Of a stretch of 64,000 nt of DNA, positions 45,315-54,260 are shown piece by piece. Position numbers and translations under genes: made by a program. Under the pieces are notes generated by a model, which ran no database searches, was not told where the DNA came from, and saw nothing but the letters and a program-made list of their open reading frames with translations. The first letter of the stretch is position 1. Every line of letters starts with the position of its first letter. Source of the stretch: a virus (taxonomy: Duplodnaviria > Caudoviricetes); the IMG/VR virus record IMGVR_UViG_3300020450_001133; one strand, 5' to 3'.

Positions 45315-45959
45315 TTAGAATGATTTGCTAACTGAAAATACGAAAGTATCTTCGTCTGCAAGTCCTGAGCCGTCTTCAGCGGCAAAGTCTACATAAGCAA
45401 CTGTTCCTTCAATACCCATAGGTAAATCAAAACTTCTACTTACTGACCAATTATCGCCTACAGTATCCCAAGAACCATAAGACACATCAACTGCGTCCAT
45501 TACGTTATATGAGACTTCTGTATAGTCGTTGAAGTCATCGTTTCCGATGAAATGTGAGACAGACAAGTCTTTCCATGTTCCTGAAATATAAACTTCAGAA
45601 CCATCTAAAGCACCATCACCACTATATGCATAATCGATGTAACCAACGTCAAGACTAATGTCATTGCCTATTGATCCAGCCCAACCTACATATAGGTCAG
45701 TTTCTCTGTCTGCATCACTGCCAACATAAGAAACTTCTGATGCCCAAACTCCAGCATAAATGCCTTTACCTGCGTCTACATGTAGACCCATTGATAAAGC
45801 ACTATCGCCTTCTGTTTGAGATTGTCCTCTGAAAATGTAGTCACTTCCGTAACCAACACTTCCACTCACTGAAGCCGCTTGGGCTCCGAATGCCATAATA
45901 GACAATAGTATAATTACTAAAGCCTTATATCCATTCTCAATACTGATTAAATTTTTCAT
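45315..45959 (-). CDS. TorF/TIGR02001-family outer-membrane beta-barrel protein
   Basis: Signal peptide, SDYIFRGQSQT, YAGVWAS.V, ETDLYVG, terminal aromatic (VSKSF). Confidence 0.85.
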   Translation of the reverse strand: MKNLISIENGYKALVIILLSIMAFGAQAASVSGSVGYGSDYIFRGQSQTEGDSALSMGLHVDAGKGIYAGVWASEVSYVGSDADRETDLYVGWAGSIGNDISLDVGYIDYAYSGDGALDGSEVYISGTWKDLSVSHFIGNDDFNDYTEVSYNVMDAVDVSYGSWDTVGDNWSVSRSFDLPMGIEGTVAYVDFAAEDGSGLADEDTFVFSVSKSF

Positions 45960-46036
45960 TTAATCCTCCTTCTTATTATTATATTACTATGCTACAACAG
46001 ACAATAATACTGCCTGTTTTGTCACAGTAATCTATT

Positions 46037-46065
46037 ATTATACACAAAGTAGGAATATATGTCAA
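46037..46065 (-). promoter_or_regulatory. sigma70 promoter
   Basis: AAAAGG-TTGACA-17nt-TATAAT. Confidence 0.9.
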
Positions 46066-46087
46066 CCTTTTATCCAATAAATATCAA

Positions 46088-46424
46088 CAAGTTATCCACA
46101 GGATATTAACAATATTCTAGTTTATATGGAAATTAAAAAAGTGTGTTTTTTGATTGGAGACTTATACTTATCTAATAAATGTGTTTGGATTTTGTTTGGA
46201 TAATGAGAATACCTTTAGAAAAAAGTGTTACTCATTTACAACACTCTCTTCTATTAGATTGGCTGAGTTGCTTCTACGTCTACTTGAATGTACTATTTCA
46301 ACGTCTAATCCAACAAAACCACAATAAACGCCGAACACAATATTAATGATTATCTGTTTGTGTTCTTTCTTCCATATGTGTTTTCAATCAATCATAAAAA
46401 AAGCACACCCGAAGGTGTGCTTTT
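46088..46424 (+). ncRNA. Candidate long structured non-coding RNA
   Basis: ATAAATA at 46077-46083, nested long-range complementarity, ends in a bidirectional terminator; no convincing ORF. Confidence 0.4.
46396..46424. terminator. Bidirectional terminator (cUUCGg on minus strand)
   Basis: AAAAAAAGCACACC-CGAA-GGTGTGCTTTT. Confidence 0.9.
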
Positions 46425-46451
46425 ACTTAACCGTATTAGGTTATTTGCTAC

Positions 46452-46715
46452 TTAAGAAGTGGCAAGTGATTTGTACCCTGCGGCAATAACGGCTCTAGAA
46501 GCAGTACCTAGTCTGTAAACATTTCTAGTTCTACCTTTAGTGTCAGTTACCGTGTTAAGGTAAATTGGATAACCTTTGAAACGTAGTGATTGAATCACTG
46601 CTTGTGGGTTACCAGCACCAAAATGTGCTTTGATTTGAGCTGAACTTAAAGTTCTGCCTTCTTGTAGAGCTGAAAGTACTTTCATCTCTTTACTTACGAA
46701 TGTTGTTGTAGTCAT
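46452..46715 (-). CDS. Winged-helix DNA-binding protein (start moved to ATG 46715)
   Basis: SD AGGAGG; KVLSALQEG.TLSSAQI...GNPQAVIQSLR..GYPIY...YRLG. Confidence 0.75.
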   Translation of the reverse strand: MTTTTFVSKEMKVLSALQEGRTLSSAQIKAHFGAGNPQAVIQSLRFKGYPIYLNTVTDTKGRTRNVYRLGTASRAVIAAGYKSLATS

Positions 46716-46810
46716 ATGACCTCCTAATTTCAACAAACCAACTAATCTAAATATAAAATTTTTCATAGTCTTTTTAATTATGTTAAGGACAATTCCTTAA
46801 CTTACTCACT

Positions 46811-46838
46811 ATTATACGTCTTTTGTTTTCAATGTCAA
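46811..46838 (-). promoter_or_regulatory. sigma70 promoter
   Basis: AAAAAAGG-TTGACA-16nt-TATAAT. Confidence 0.85.
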
Positions 46839-47314
46839 CCTTTTTTTGACATTAAATATGTTTCGTTATGAATCCACTTGTTTTTCTTGATAAATCCCCA
46901 TTCTCTAACACGTGGACCTACAAAAAATAATGTCCAAACGTCAACACCAGGCTCTAATTCTATACGGTGTAATGACTTACTACCAGCAAATCTCATACTT
47001 CCTGCTTTACGCCAAAACTTTCCTTTGGGTGTGTATTCCCAATATCCACCTTTAAGTATGATTGTGAAGTAACTCCAAGGATGGTCATGTAGGTCATCTG
47101 GGTCACCTTTATGAAAATTATGTAGGAAAAAATTAAAAGGGAACCATTTTCTATCTTTTAGGAATACATAATACCTAGTTAGATATGGTTCTTGGTGTAT
47201 TCGGTCCAGTATTATTCGTTTTCTACCAAACCTTTCTAGTAGATTAAGAAGAATTTTCATGTTCTGCAACTCTCTGTCTGAGACTGGTACTGCTAAAACT
47301 ATGGTCTCTGCCAT
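46835..47314 (-). CDS. Cupin-like phage protein (true start probably the internal MKILL)
   Basis: LHNFHKGDPDDLHDHPWSYFTIILKGGYWE...LHRIEL. Confidence 0.75.
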   Translation of the reverse strand: MAETIVLAVPVSDRELQNMKILLNLLERFGRKRIILDRIHQEPYLTRYYVFLKDRKWFPFNFFLHNFHKGDPDDLHDHPWSYFTIILKGGYWEYTPKGKFWRKAGSMRFAGSKSLHRIELEPGVDVWTLFFVGPRVREWGFIKKNKWIHNETYLMSKKG

Positions 47315-47690
47315 TGAATACTAATTTAATATTCCTGTCTTTGCAGATTTGCTTACCAGTGAATTGTTTATCTTTGTATTCAACTCCTAACACTCTAACA
47401 TTTATAGGAAGTGTTAAAAGTAAATCCTCTAAATCTTGCTCTGTTGCGTAACATACTATTTCATCTACATATTTTACAGCCGCCAACTGTATTTGTCTTT
47501 CTACTAAACTTTGTACTGGCGGATTTTTACTGTCTGGTCTGTCTATTGTAGGATCAGTTTGCAATCCTACTATCAAAAAATCACAATGTCTTTTTGCTTC
47601 TTCAAGCATTGTGATATGACCTGCATGTAACAAATCGAATGTACTACAAGTAAATCCTATTTTGCCACAATCTTTATAACTGAGTCTCAT
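47244..47690 (-). CDS. Cytidylyltransferase, glycerol-3-phosphate CTase-like
   Basis: STFDLLHAGH (HxGH), LIVGLQTDP, ER..QL.AVKYVDE, R.HSFSST.LR. Confidence 0.9.
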   Translation of the reverse strand: MRLSYKDCGKIGFTCSTFDLLHAGHITMLEEAKRHCDFLIVGLQTDPTIDRPDSKNPPVQSLVERQIQLAAVKYVDEIVCYATEQDLEDLLLTLPINVRVLGVEYKDKQFTGKQICKDRNIKLVFNGRDHSFSSTSLRQRVAEHENSS

Positions 47691-48127
47691 GCAAAGTCCT
47701 TTAACATTTTTTTGATTTCTAATGCGTGTTGTTCTTCTTGTCCAATTTGTCCTCTAGCATATTCTTCTAAATACACACTGGCACCTTCTACTTCAGAAAG
47801 TAGTTCTTTATATAAATTAACTGCATGAGTTTCATGTTCTAAACTTTCTTGTAATATTTGAACAATGCTATGGTCATGTGATTCCACAATTGGTGCTATA
47901 ACTTGACTAGGATGTCCGTCTAAGCCTGTAATTAATTCTCCGGCTTGTAAGGCATGTTGTAAACTTTCATTTGCTTGTTCTTGCAAAAATGTTACAATAG
48001 GAATCCTGTAAGGTCCAGTAATCATTAACGAACTATGTGCGTATCTGACAACTCCAGCCATTTCATATTCCACTATTGAATTAAGTATCTCACATACTTT
48101 ACTTTGGTTTAATTCTTTCAATTCCAT
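47687..48127 (-). CDS. Bacterioferritin/ferritin-like protein
   Basis: E(MAGVVRY)...ESLQH...EHE...EEQH di-iron pattern. Confidence 0.8.
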   Translation of the reverse strand: MELKELNQSKVCEILNSIVEYEMAGVVRYAHSSLMITGPYRIPIVTFLQEQANESLQHALQAGELITGLDGHPSQVIAPIVESHDHSIVQILQESLEHETHAVNLYKELLSEVEGASVYLEEYARGQIGQEEQHALEIKKMLKDFA

Positions 48128-48897
48128 TATTCTCCGTTATAATAATGAAGACGTTCTATATCATCTTCACTGGTCTCATCACCATATTGTATTTCAATAA
48201 TGTGACATGGTTTATCATTTCTATTAACAATTTGATGCCAATCATTTGCTTTCACATGAAAATTATCATCTTGTTTAAGAGTTACATTTGTAAAGTTGTC
48301 TGGATTACTAGCACTATACTTTACTTCGCATTCTCCTTTACTGACAAACCATATTTCACTTCTTTTAAAGTGACGTTGATAACTGATACCTTTCCCTGGT
48401 TCAATTATCAACTCCTTAACTTTTACTACTTCATCTTGGAACAAATCACTAAATTCGCCCCAAACCCTTCTAGTAGTTGGATATTGCCATTCCTTTAGTA
48501 TCCAACTGCTACTGTTTGATTTATTGGAACCTCCAACACCAAACACAAATTCAACGCCTTCAACAATCATTTCTGGAATGTTATCTTTTGTTCTATCACC
48601 TCCGTTGCAAAAGATAATTTCTGCATGTTCATATGCCTTCTTGGCATTTTCCAGAGCCTCAACTGCTGAGCCGTCTTTATCATCGAAACCCCAAACATTG
48701 TCTACCATGTCCATTGTTTCTAGAATTCTTGCCCTCTCTTCGAAAGGCATAAAGGGCCTGCCTTTTTTTCTTGTGAGCCACTCATCGCTATTAAGTGCTA
48801 CAACTAGTTTGTCTCCTAATTGTTTTGCTCCTTCTAAGTAGTCTATATGTCCAGAATGCAGTGGATCAAATCCACCTGATACGACTACTACTTTCAT
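48127..48897 (-). CDS. Cytidylyltransferase fused to a cupin (mannose-6-P isomerase type C-terminus)
   Basis: SGGFDPLHSGH, NSDEWL.RKKG, NGGDR; C-terminal RVWG...ISYQRHFKRSEIW...WHQI.N. Confidence 0.88.
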   Translation of the reverse strand: MKVVVVSGGFDPLHSGHIDYLEGAKQLGDKLVVALNSDEWLTRKKGRPFMPFEERARILETMDMVDNVWGFDDKDGSAVEALENAKKAYEHAEIIFCNGGDRTKDNIPEMIVEGVEFVFGVGGSNKSNSSSWILKEWQYPTTRRVWGEFSDLFQDEVVKVKELIIEPGKGISYQRHFKRSEIWFVSKGECEVKYSASNPDNFTNVTLKQDDNFHVKANDWHQIVNRNDKPCHIIEIQYGDETSEDDIERLHYYNGE

Positions 48898-49325
48898 TAG
48901 AAGTTACCACGACTTCTCTGCATAGCGGCTATCCTTTCGTTGTATTCTCTTACTCGCCTTGTTTTACGTTTGGACTTCATCCATTTTTGACCAGTGGGCA
49001 TGTATTGTTTAAAATCGCCTCTTGCTTCGGCTTCTCTAACATACTTGTCCCATCTCTTTTTGGCTTGTTTCTTTTTACGATTTCTTTTTGCACTAGGCTT
49101 TTCGTAATATTGTTGCTTTGCTAATTCCTTTTGGAATTCTGCTTTTTCTAATCTCTTTTTCAAAACTCTTAATGCCTTATTCACGTCGTTGTTTCGAACT
49201 TCAATAGAACTATTGAATTTGTCCAGATAATGTTTATCTTTCTTAGGTTGTTCTTTCCTTTTATTGGAGTTCCAACCTTGCGTTATCTTTCTACTTTGCT
49301 GTCTGCCTTGCGATTTATTACTCAA
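48897..49325 (-). CDS. rpsU: Ribosomal protein bS21 with N- and C-terminal extensions
   Basis: Core IEVRNNDVNKALRVLKKR......KEL....YYEKPSAKR.RKK..A.KR. Confidence 0.85.
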   Translation of the reverse strand: MSNKSQGRQQSRKITQGWNSNKRKEQPKKDKHYLDKFNSSIEVRNNDVNKALRVLKKRLEKAEFQKELAKQQYYEKPSAKRNRKKKQAKKRWDKYVREAEARGDFKQYMPTGQKWMKSKRKTRRVREYNERIAAMQRSRGNF

Positions 49326-50590
49326 CTTTTACCTCTAATTTTTATTTTATAATCTTTATCCGATTTTTCATTACCGTTAGTATAAACGAAAACAGGGTAA
49401 GTGTCAACATCTTTTGTTGGATATTTGTTGAATCTCACCGTTTTGACCCCATTTTCTTTTAGTTTAGGTGCTCTGTACATAATGTTGTGTAAACTGTTTT
49501 CTACTATGGATTTTAATCCTCTAGCACCAGTTTTTGTTTTACTAGCCAGTTTTGATATATCATCTATGTACTCATCATTAAACTCTAATTCTATATCATC
49601 AAACTCTAAAAGTTTTTTAACTTGTGGAATAACACTTGCTTTTGATGATTTTAAAATTGTTTTCATATCGGATTGTGATAATGGTTCTAAAGGTACAATG
49701 TTTGGTAATCTACCAACAAGTTCTGGAATGAGACCATAACTGATTAAATCGTCATGCTCTACTTTGTGTTGCCAATTGTCTTTTTTGGTTGTTGATTTTA
49801 ATTGTTTGTTGAATCCTATGTTCTTTTTGTTTGCCTTAGTGTTTATTTGTTTTTCTAAACCTACAAATGCACCACTACATATAAACAATACATTTGTTGT
49901 ATCAAACTCTACATATTGGTCCATACGTTTTGAACCGTTAGAAGATACTTTAACTACTGTACCTTCAATTAATCTTAGGAGTGCTTGTTGTACACCTTGT
50001 CCACTAATGTCCTTTGTGCCGGTGTTAGACTCGCCCTTACGAGCCTTTTTATCTATTTCATCTATGAATACAATACCTTTTTGTGCTAGTTCTAAGTTCC
50101 AATCGCACATATTAAGTAAACGTTCAAGCATACTTTCAACATCTTCCCCAACATAACCTGCTTCTGTTAATGTTGTAGCATCAGCAATAGCAAAAGGTAC
50201 ACTTAATTTATCTGCAAGTGTCTTTGCTAATAAAGTTTTACCTGTTCCTGTATTACCCAATATAATAATGTTACTTTTTTCTATATCAGTTTCACTATCA
50301 TTGTAAATTGTTTTGTAATGATTGTATGCACATACAGATAATATTTCTTTTGCATACTCTTGGCTAATTACATATTCATCAAGATGTGCTTTGATTTCTT
50401 CTGGAGTTGGGATATCTTCGAAGGATAAGTCTTCTAATGTATCTTCTTCATTGATAATTTTATGACTGATGTTAATACATTCGTTACAGATGTAAGAATT
50501 AGGACCTGCTATTAACTTTTTTACTTCAGTTCGCTTTTTACCACAAAAACTACAACTTAGATTTTGTTCGTTGTCTCTATCACCGGGCAT
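49322..50590 (-). CDS. clpX: ClpX unfoldase
   Basis: CSFCGK...ICNEC zinc domain, GNTGTGKT, GYVGEDVE, IDEIDK, IGF loop, GARGL. Confidence 0.97.
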   Translation of the reverse strand: MPGDRDNEQNLSCSFCGKKRTEVKKLIAGPNSYICNECINISHKIINEEDTLEDLSFEDIPTPEEIKAHLDEYVISQEYAKEILSVCAYNHYKTIYNDSETDIEKSNIIILGNTGTGKTLLAKTLADKLSVPFAIADATTLTEAGYVGEDVESMLERLLNMCDWNLELAQKGIVFIDEIDKKARKGESNTGTKDISGQGVQQALLRLIEGTVVKVSSNGSKRMDQYVEFDTTNVLFICSGAFVGLEKQINTKANKKNIGFNKQLKSTTKKDNWQHKVEHDDLISYGLIPELVGRLPNIVPLEPLSQSDMKTILKSSKASVIPQVKKLLEFDDIELEFNDEYIDDISKLASKTKTGARGLKSIVENSLHNIMYRAPKLKENGVKTVRFNKYPTKDVDTYPVFVYTNGNEKSDKDYKIKIRGKS

Positions 50591-51426
50591 TATTTCCTCG
50601 TAACATAATTTGTATCTGTTGTGTCATCATCTGTGTCGTTTGGTAATGGTACTGCCCAAAAGCCTCCCAACTGTTTATTTACATCTTCTTCGCTTAATTC
50701 CTGTAACATCTTGAGTATTTCATCAGTGGATAAATCATTTACATTCATTTCACTATTTGCTATTAATGTTGCCGCAGTTCTAAGGTCTCCTGTGTTAGGC
50801 AATTCTACTCTTACTGCACGTCTAGGACCTTCAACAATCTTTTCTTTAACCGGTCTCTGTTCTAATTTGTTTTCTAACTCTGCAACTAAGGCTGTGAGTC
50901 TATCTATTTCTCTATTGTCAGTTCTTACAACAACTCTTTCAGGACCTTGTATAAGTTTTTCTACAACTTTTTCTACGGGTACTTCTACCTTTACTTCTTT
51001 TTCAACAATTTTTTCTACAATCTTTTCAACAGGTACTTCTACTTTTATTTCTTTTTCAACTATTTTTTCAACAGGTACTTCTACTTCTTTGATAACTTCA
51101 ACTTCTTTGATTACTTCTACTGGAACTTCTTTGATTACTTCGACGGGAACTTCGACGACTCGTTCTGGTCCTGGCACTTCGACGATTCGTTCTGGTCCTG
51201 GGACCTCTTTTTCGATAGTGACCAACTTCTCCTCTGGGACAAGGATCTCCTTCTCAACTGTGACAACCTTTTCGACCTCAACTTGCACTTCCTTAGGCTT
51301 TTTAGCCAGTTCGTTTTCTAAATGTTCTATTTGATCCAAAGCATCATCTAACATTCCTAATGTGTTAGCATACTTTGTATTTAATACATTTATTGCTTCT
51401 TTAACTGTTATCTTCTTTTTTGCCAT
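50590..51426 (-). CDS. V/E/K/P repeat protein (articulin/alveolin-like repeats)
   Basis: Tandem VEVPVEKIVEK, VPVEVIKE and VPGPERxVE units. Confidence 0.75.
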   Translation of the reverse strand: MAKKKITVKEAINVLNTKYANTLGMLDDALDQIEHLENELAKKPKEVQVEVEKVVTVEKEILVPEEKLVTIEKEVPGPERIVEVPGPERVVEVPVEVIKEVPVEVIKEVEVIKEVEVPVEKIVEKEIKVEVPVEKIVEKIVEKEVKVEVPVEKVVEKLIQGPERVVVRTDNREIDRLTALVAELENKLEQRPVKEKIVEGPRRAVRVELPNTGDLRTAATLIANSEMNVNDLSTDEILKMLQELSEEDVNKQLGGFWAVPLPNDTDDDTTDTNYVTRK

Positions 51427-52816
51427 CTTTTTTAAGTTTCTTTTCTAGTCGTTTTTCTAATTCTTTAATAGCAGGTGGTGTGCTTAAATCTATTTCTGCT
51501 TCTACTTCTTTTTCAACAACAACTTCTTTTTCCACTTCCTTAATGACTTCTACTGGTACTTCTTTGATAACTTCTTTTTCTACAATCATAGGTGCAGGTT
51601 GTTTATAACCTGACATGACATCTGCCGCATCATCTACTGCACTTGGTGGACTAGGTTGTCTTGGTAAATCTGGAGAAGTTTCTTCTTTTAATTGGTCTCG
51701 CAAATCAGGTCCTGTTTTTTCCAAGTTAATACCATAACGTAATAATGTTTGGTTGGCGGCTATAATTAATACAACTGCTAATGGATCGAATACAAACACT
51801 AGCATTAATATAAACAGTCTTACTGCTTGGTCCAAATAACTTTCAGTATCTTCGCCATATATTAGTTGTGCAACATACTTAATAGGACCTACTTCTTTTT
51901 CTAAGTTTCTTACAATACTTTCTGCTTCAAACTTTTCATCTTTTAATATCACAATGTTGTCATATATTTCATCAATTTGTGTATTGTAATCATCTATCTT
52001 AATGATATTTTCATCTTGTTGACTGCTGTTTTGATTTCTTAATCTGTTTATTTCGACGTTAGCATCGTCTATTGTTTTTTGGGCCTGTTCTCTATACTTG
52101 TCAATGTTGTCTTGTTGAACTTGTATATCTACTCTAATTTGGTCACGTTGTTCTTTTTGTTGTGCAAATAATTCATTTGCCTGTGCTACATAATCAATCT
52201 TTTCAGTTTCTGCTTGTCTAAAAGCACCACCTTCATCTAGTGTTACAACTTCAACACCTTTTTCTCTAAGGTCATTTACTGCTTTGTCTAATACTGCTAG
52301 TTGGTCTCTTAATCTATCTATTTGACCATTTGCATAATCTATATCACCTTGAACTCTTGCCCAAGCACCATCTCTTATTTCTTCTTGTTGTCTTATGCTT
52401 TCGGAAACATCTATACTACCACCTACTCCTAATATCCTATCTTCAAGTAGTGCAATTTTGTTTTCTTCTCTTTCTATTTGTCCATCTATTCTTTCTACTT
52501 TAGCAAAAGCATCGCCTGTTTCACCTGCTTGGTCTAAGTGTGCTTTAGATAGATAACCAAAAATACCCATGCTTGTGATTAACATTAAAACAACCACGGC
52601 TATGGACAAGTATGTTTTTAATAGTAATGAAGTTTCATGCCAGTATCTATACAACCAACTTGCAGTAAGTAACTTACCAACTTCAAGTGTTCCAGCCATA
52701 ATTGCAATAGGAAGTGCTGAGGCACTGAAAATTGCCATAAGTCCTTCAATGGAAAACCATGCCGCAACTCCGGCTATGGCTAAGGCTGTTATTAATGTAA
52801 AGATACCGAATAGCAT
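51401..52816 (-). CDS. Membrane-anchored long coiled-coil protein
   Basis: Three N-terminal TM segments, about 250 aa coiled coil, TM (FVFDPLAV), C-terminal VIKE repeats; TAAATA 5 nt before the ATG. Confidence 0.75.
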   Translation of the reverse strand: MLFGIFTLITALAIAGVAAWFSIEGLMAIFSASALPIAIMAGTLEVGKLLTASWLYRYWHETSLLLKTYLSIAVVVLMLITSMGIFGYLSKAHLDQAGETGDAFAKVERIDGQIEREENKIALLEDRILGVGGSIDVSESIRQQEEIRDGAWARVQGDIDYANGQIDRLRDQLAVLDKAVNDLREKGVEVVTLDEGGAFRQAETEKIDYVAQANELFAQQKEQRDQIRVDIQVQQDNIDKYREQAQKTIDDANVEINRLRNQNSSQQDENIIKIDDYNTQIDEIYDNIVILKDEKFEAESIVRNLEKEVGPIKYVAQLIYGEDTESYLDQAVRLFILMLVFVFDPLAVVLIIAANQTLLRYGINLEKTGPDLRDQLKEETSPDLPRQPSPPSAVDDAADVMSGYKQPAPMIVEKEVIKEVPVEVIKEVEKEVVVEKEVEAEIDLSTPPAIKELEKRLEKKLKKDGKKEDNS

Positions 52817-52887
52817 ACCAATATTTATCGTATTTTTGCAACCAATTAAACAATACTGATTACATAAACTATCCTGTTAATGCATAA

Positions 52888-52908
52888 AACCCCCATAACT
52901 AGGGGGTT
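52888..52908 (-). terminator. Probable terminator after queD
   Basis: AACCCCC-7nt-GGGGGTTTT. Confidence 0.6.
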
Positions 52909-52930
52909 CTATTGTGTTTTAATTTAATTT

Positions 52931-53404
52931 TTAAACGATTTTTTGATGGTCGTTACGTTCTACAGTTGCAGAGTTATGTTCATGTTCTCTGACTGTAACT
53001 TCTTGTACCCAACATCTGCCATCAGTTAAATCATCAACCAAGTCTTGTGCAAAGTCAAATACCTGTTCAGCAAAACGTTCGCAACCAACTGCTGGAACAA
53101 GTCTCATGTCAATAAGATTCTTTTCTTGTAACATTTTAATTGTTTCCAACTCTGGATCATCTTCTGCAACTAGATATGTGTGGTCAAACATATATTTTAA
53201 CCATTCTTTGAGTGGCTTTAATCCACCAAAGTCTACTATCCAATTTCTTTCATCTAATTCACCACCGAACTTCAATTCAAATTGTAGTGCATATCCGTGA
53301 ATTAAATTGCAATGGCTATCTGCTCGCCATTGTCTAAAGGCGCAACTGTGTCCTGTTGCATGACTATAAGTCTTTCCACTGTAAAATCTTTTCTTTACTG
53401 CCAT
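52931..53404 (-). CDS. queD: 6-carboxytetrahydropterin synthase (QueD/PTPS)
   Basis: GHSCAFRQW...SHCNLIHGY, WIVDFGGLK, FDHT, GCERFAE, VREH..N.A. Confidence 0.9.
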   Translation of the reverse strand: MAVKKRFYSGKTYSHATGHSCAFRQWRADSHCNLIHGYALQFELKFGGELDERNWIVDFGGLKPLKEWLKYMFDHTYLVAEDDPELETIKMLQEKNLIDMRLVPAVGCERFAEQVFDFAQDLVDDLTDGRCWVQEVTVREHEHNSATVERNDHQKIV

Positions 53405-53697
53405 TATAATGTCTCTATCTTTGATGTTTGTTTTGTATAGCCTTTACTTATTTCATCATTAGTCTTAGCCATACTTAAAATATGTTCCATCTTGATAGTT
53501 ACTGTGGATTCTGGATTGACTGTCATCATGTATGGCATAAGTCCGAAGCCTTCTGCACTTCTACCTACAATTAAAGGCGTGTCGAGTTCAACATAACCGT
53601 CATCTCTTTTATCTTTCTTTAGTCTTGCAACTAATTCTTCGCCTGTTGTAAGTCTGCAACTAACAACTTCATTCTCTTTAATAACTTCAATAAGCAT
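53404..53697 (-). CDS. Small Sm-like beta protein, hypothetical
   Basis: RLTTGEELVARL pattern. Confidence 0.55.
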   Translation of the reverse strand: MLIEVIKENEVVSCRLTTGEELVARLKKDKRDDGYVELDTPLIVGRSAEGFGLMPYMMTVNPESTVTIKMEHILSMAKTNDEISKGYTKQTSKIETL

Positions 53698-53718
53698 ACT
53701 TCTATCCTGTAAAATTGT

Positions 53719-53746
53719 ATTATACAGAATAGTTATGAAATGTCAA
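53719..53746 (-). promoter_or_regulatory. sigma70 promoter
   Basis: TTGACA-16nt-TATAAT. Confidence 0.85.
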
Positions 53747-53754
53747 CCTATTTT

Positions 53755-54213
53755 TTATTGAATTCCGGCTTCTTCTAAAGTGACGTCAACTAACCCTTCT
53801 CTGATTAGTTTTTTACGGTTTGCCATATGCTTGTCTTGGATTTCTTCCTTACTGCCTCCGAAGTATGCAACTGCATGTCCTTCTTCTACAAGTATATCAG
53901 TAACCATTCTGCCATCTTCAGTAACAAAGTCACCTAAGATACGTCCAAACTTACCTCGCATATCTTCGCCTTTTTTATTAATCTGTGTTTTGAGAATTGG
54001 TCCGGATCTACCACCGATAAGTTCTTTCAACCTTGCCTTACTAGCCAAGCCAAATTTCTTTTCAACTTTATCTCTGGTTCTACTTTCTGGTGTGTCAATA
54101 CCCATAATACGAACTCTTTCGTCTCTGAGCATGATATCAAAACCTAAATCAATGTCCACGTCAACCGTGTCGCCATCAATCACTCTGATGACTTTACATC
54201 TGTATTCGTACAT
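53755..54213 (-). CDS. Thermonuclease (SNase-like)
   Basis: RVIDGDTVDV, VRIMGIDTPES, GKFGRILG; SD AGGAG; late promoter 54240-54245. Confidence 0.9.
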   Translation of the reverse strand: MYEYRCKVIRVIDGDTVDVDIDLGFDIMLRDERVRIMGIDTPESRTRDKVEKKFGLASKARLKELIGGRSGPILKTQINKKGEDMRGKFGRILGDFVTEDGRMVTDILVEEGHAVAYFGGSKEEIQDKHMANRKKLIREGLVDVTLEEAGIQ

Positions 54214-54260
54214 AATTACTCCTGTGTTTCCTACAAGAGTATTTATCTTAAAATACTGTT

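Noticed and set aside
50621-51334. Ser/Thr-rich 237-aa plus-strand ORF and F/Y-rich ORF 50947-51321
   Set aside because: Antisense products of the VEK repeat gene.
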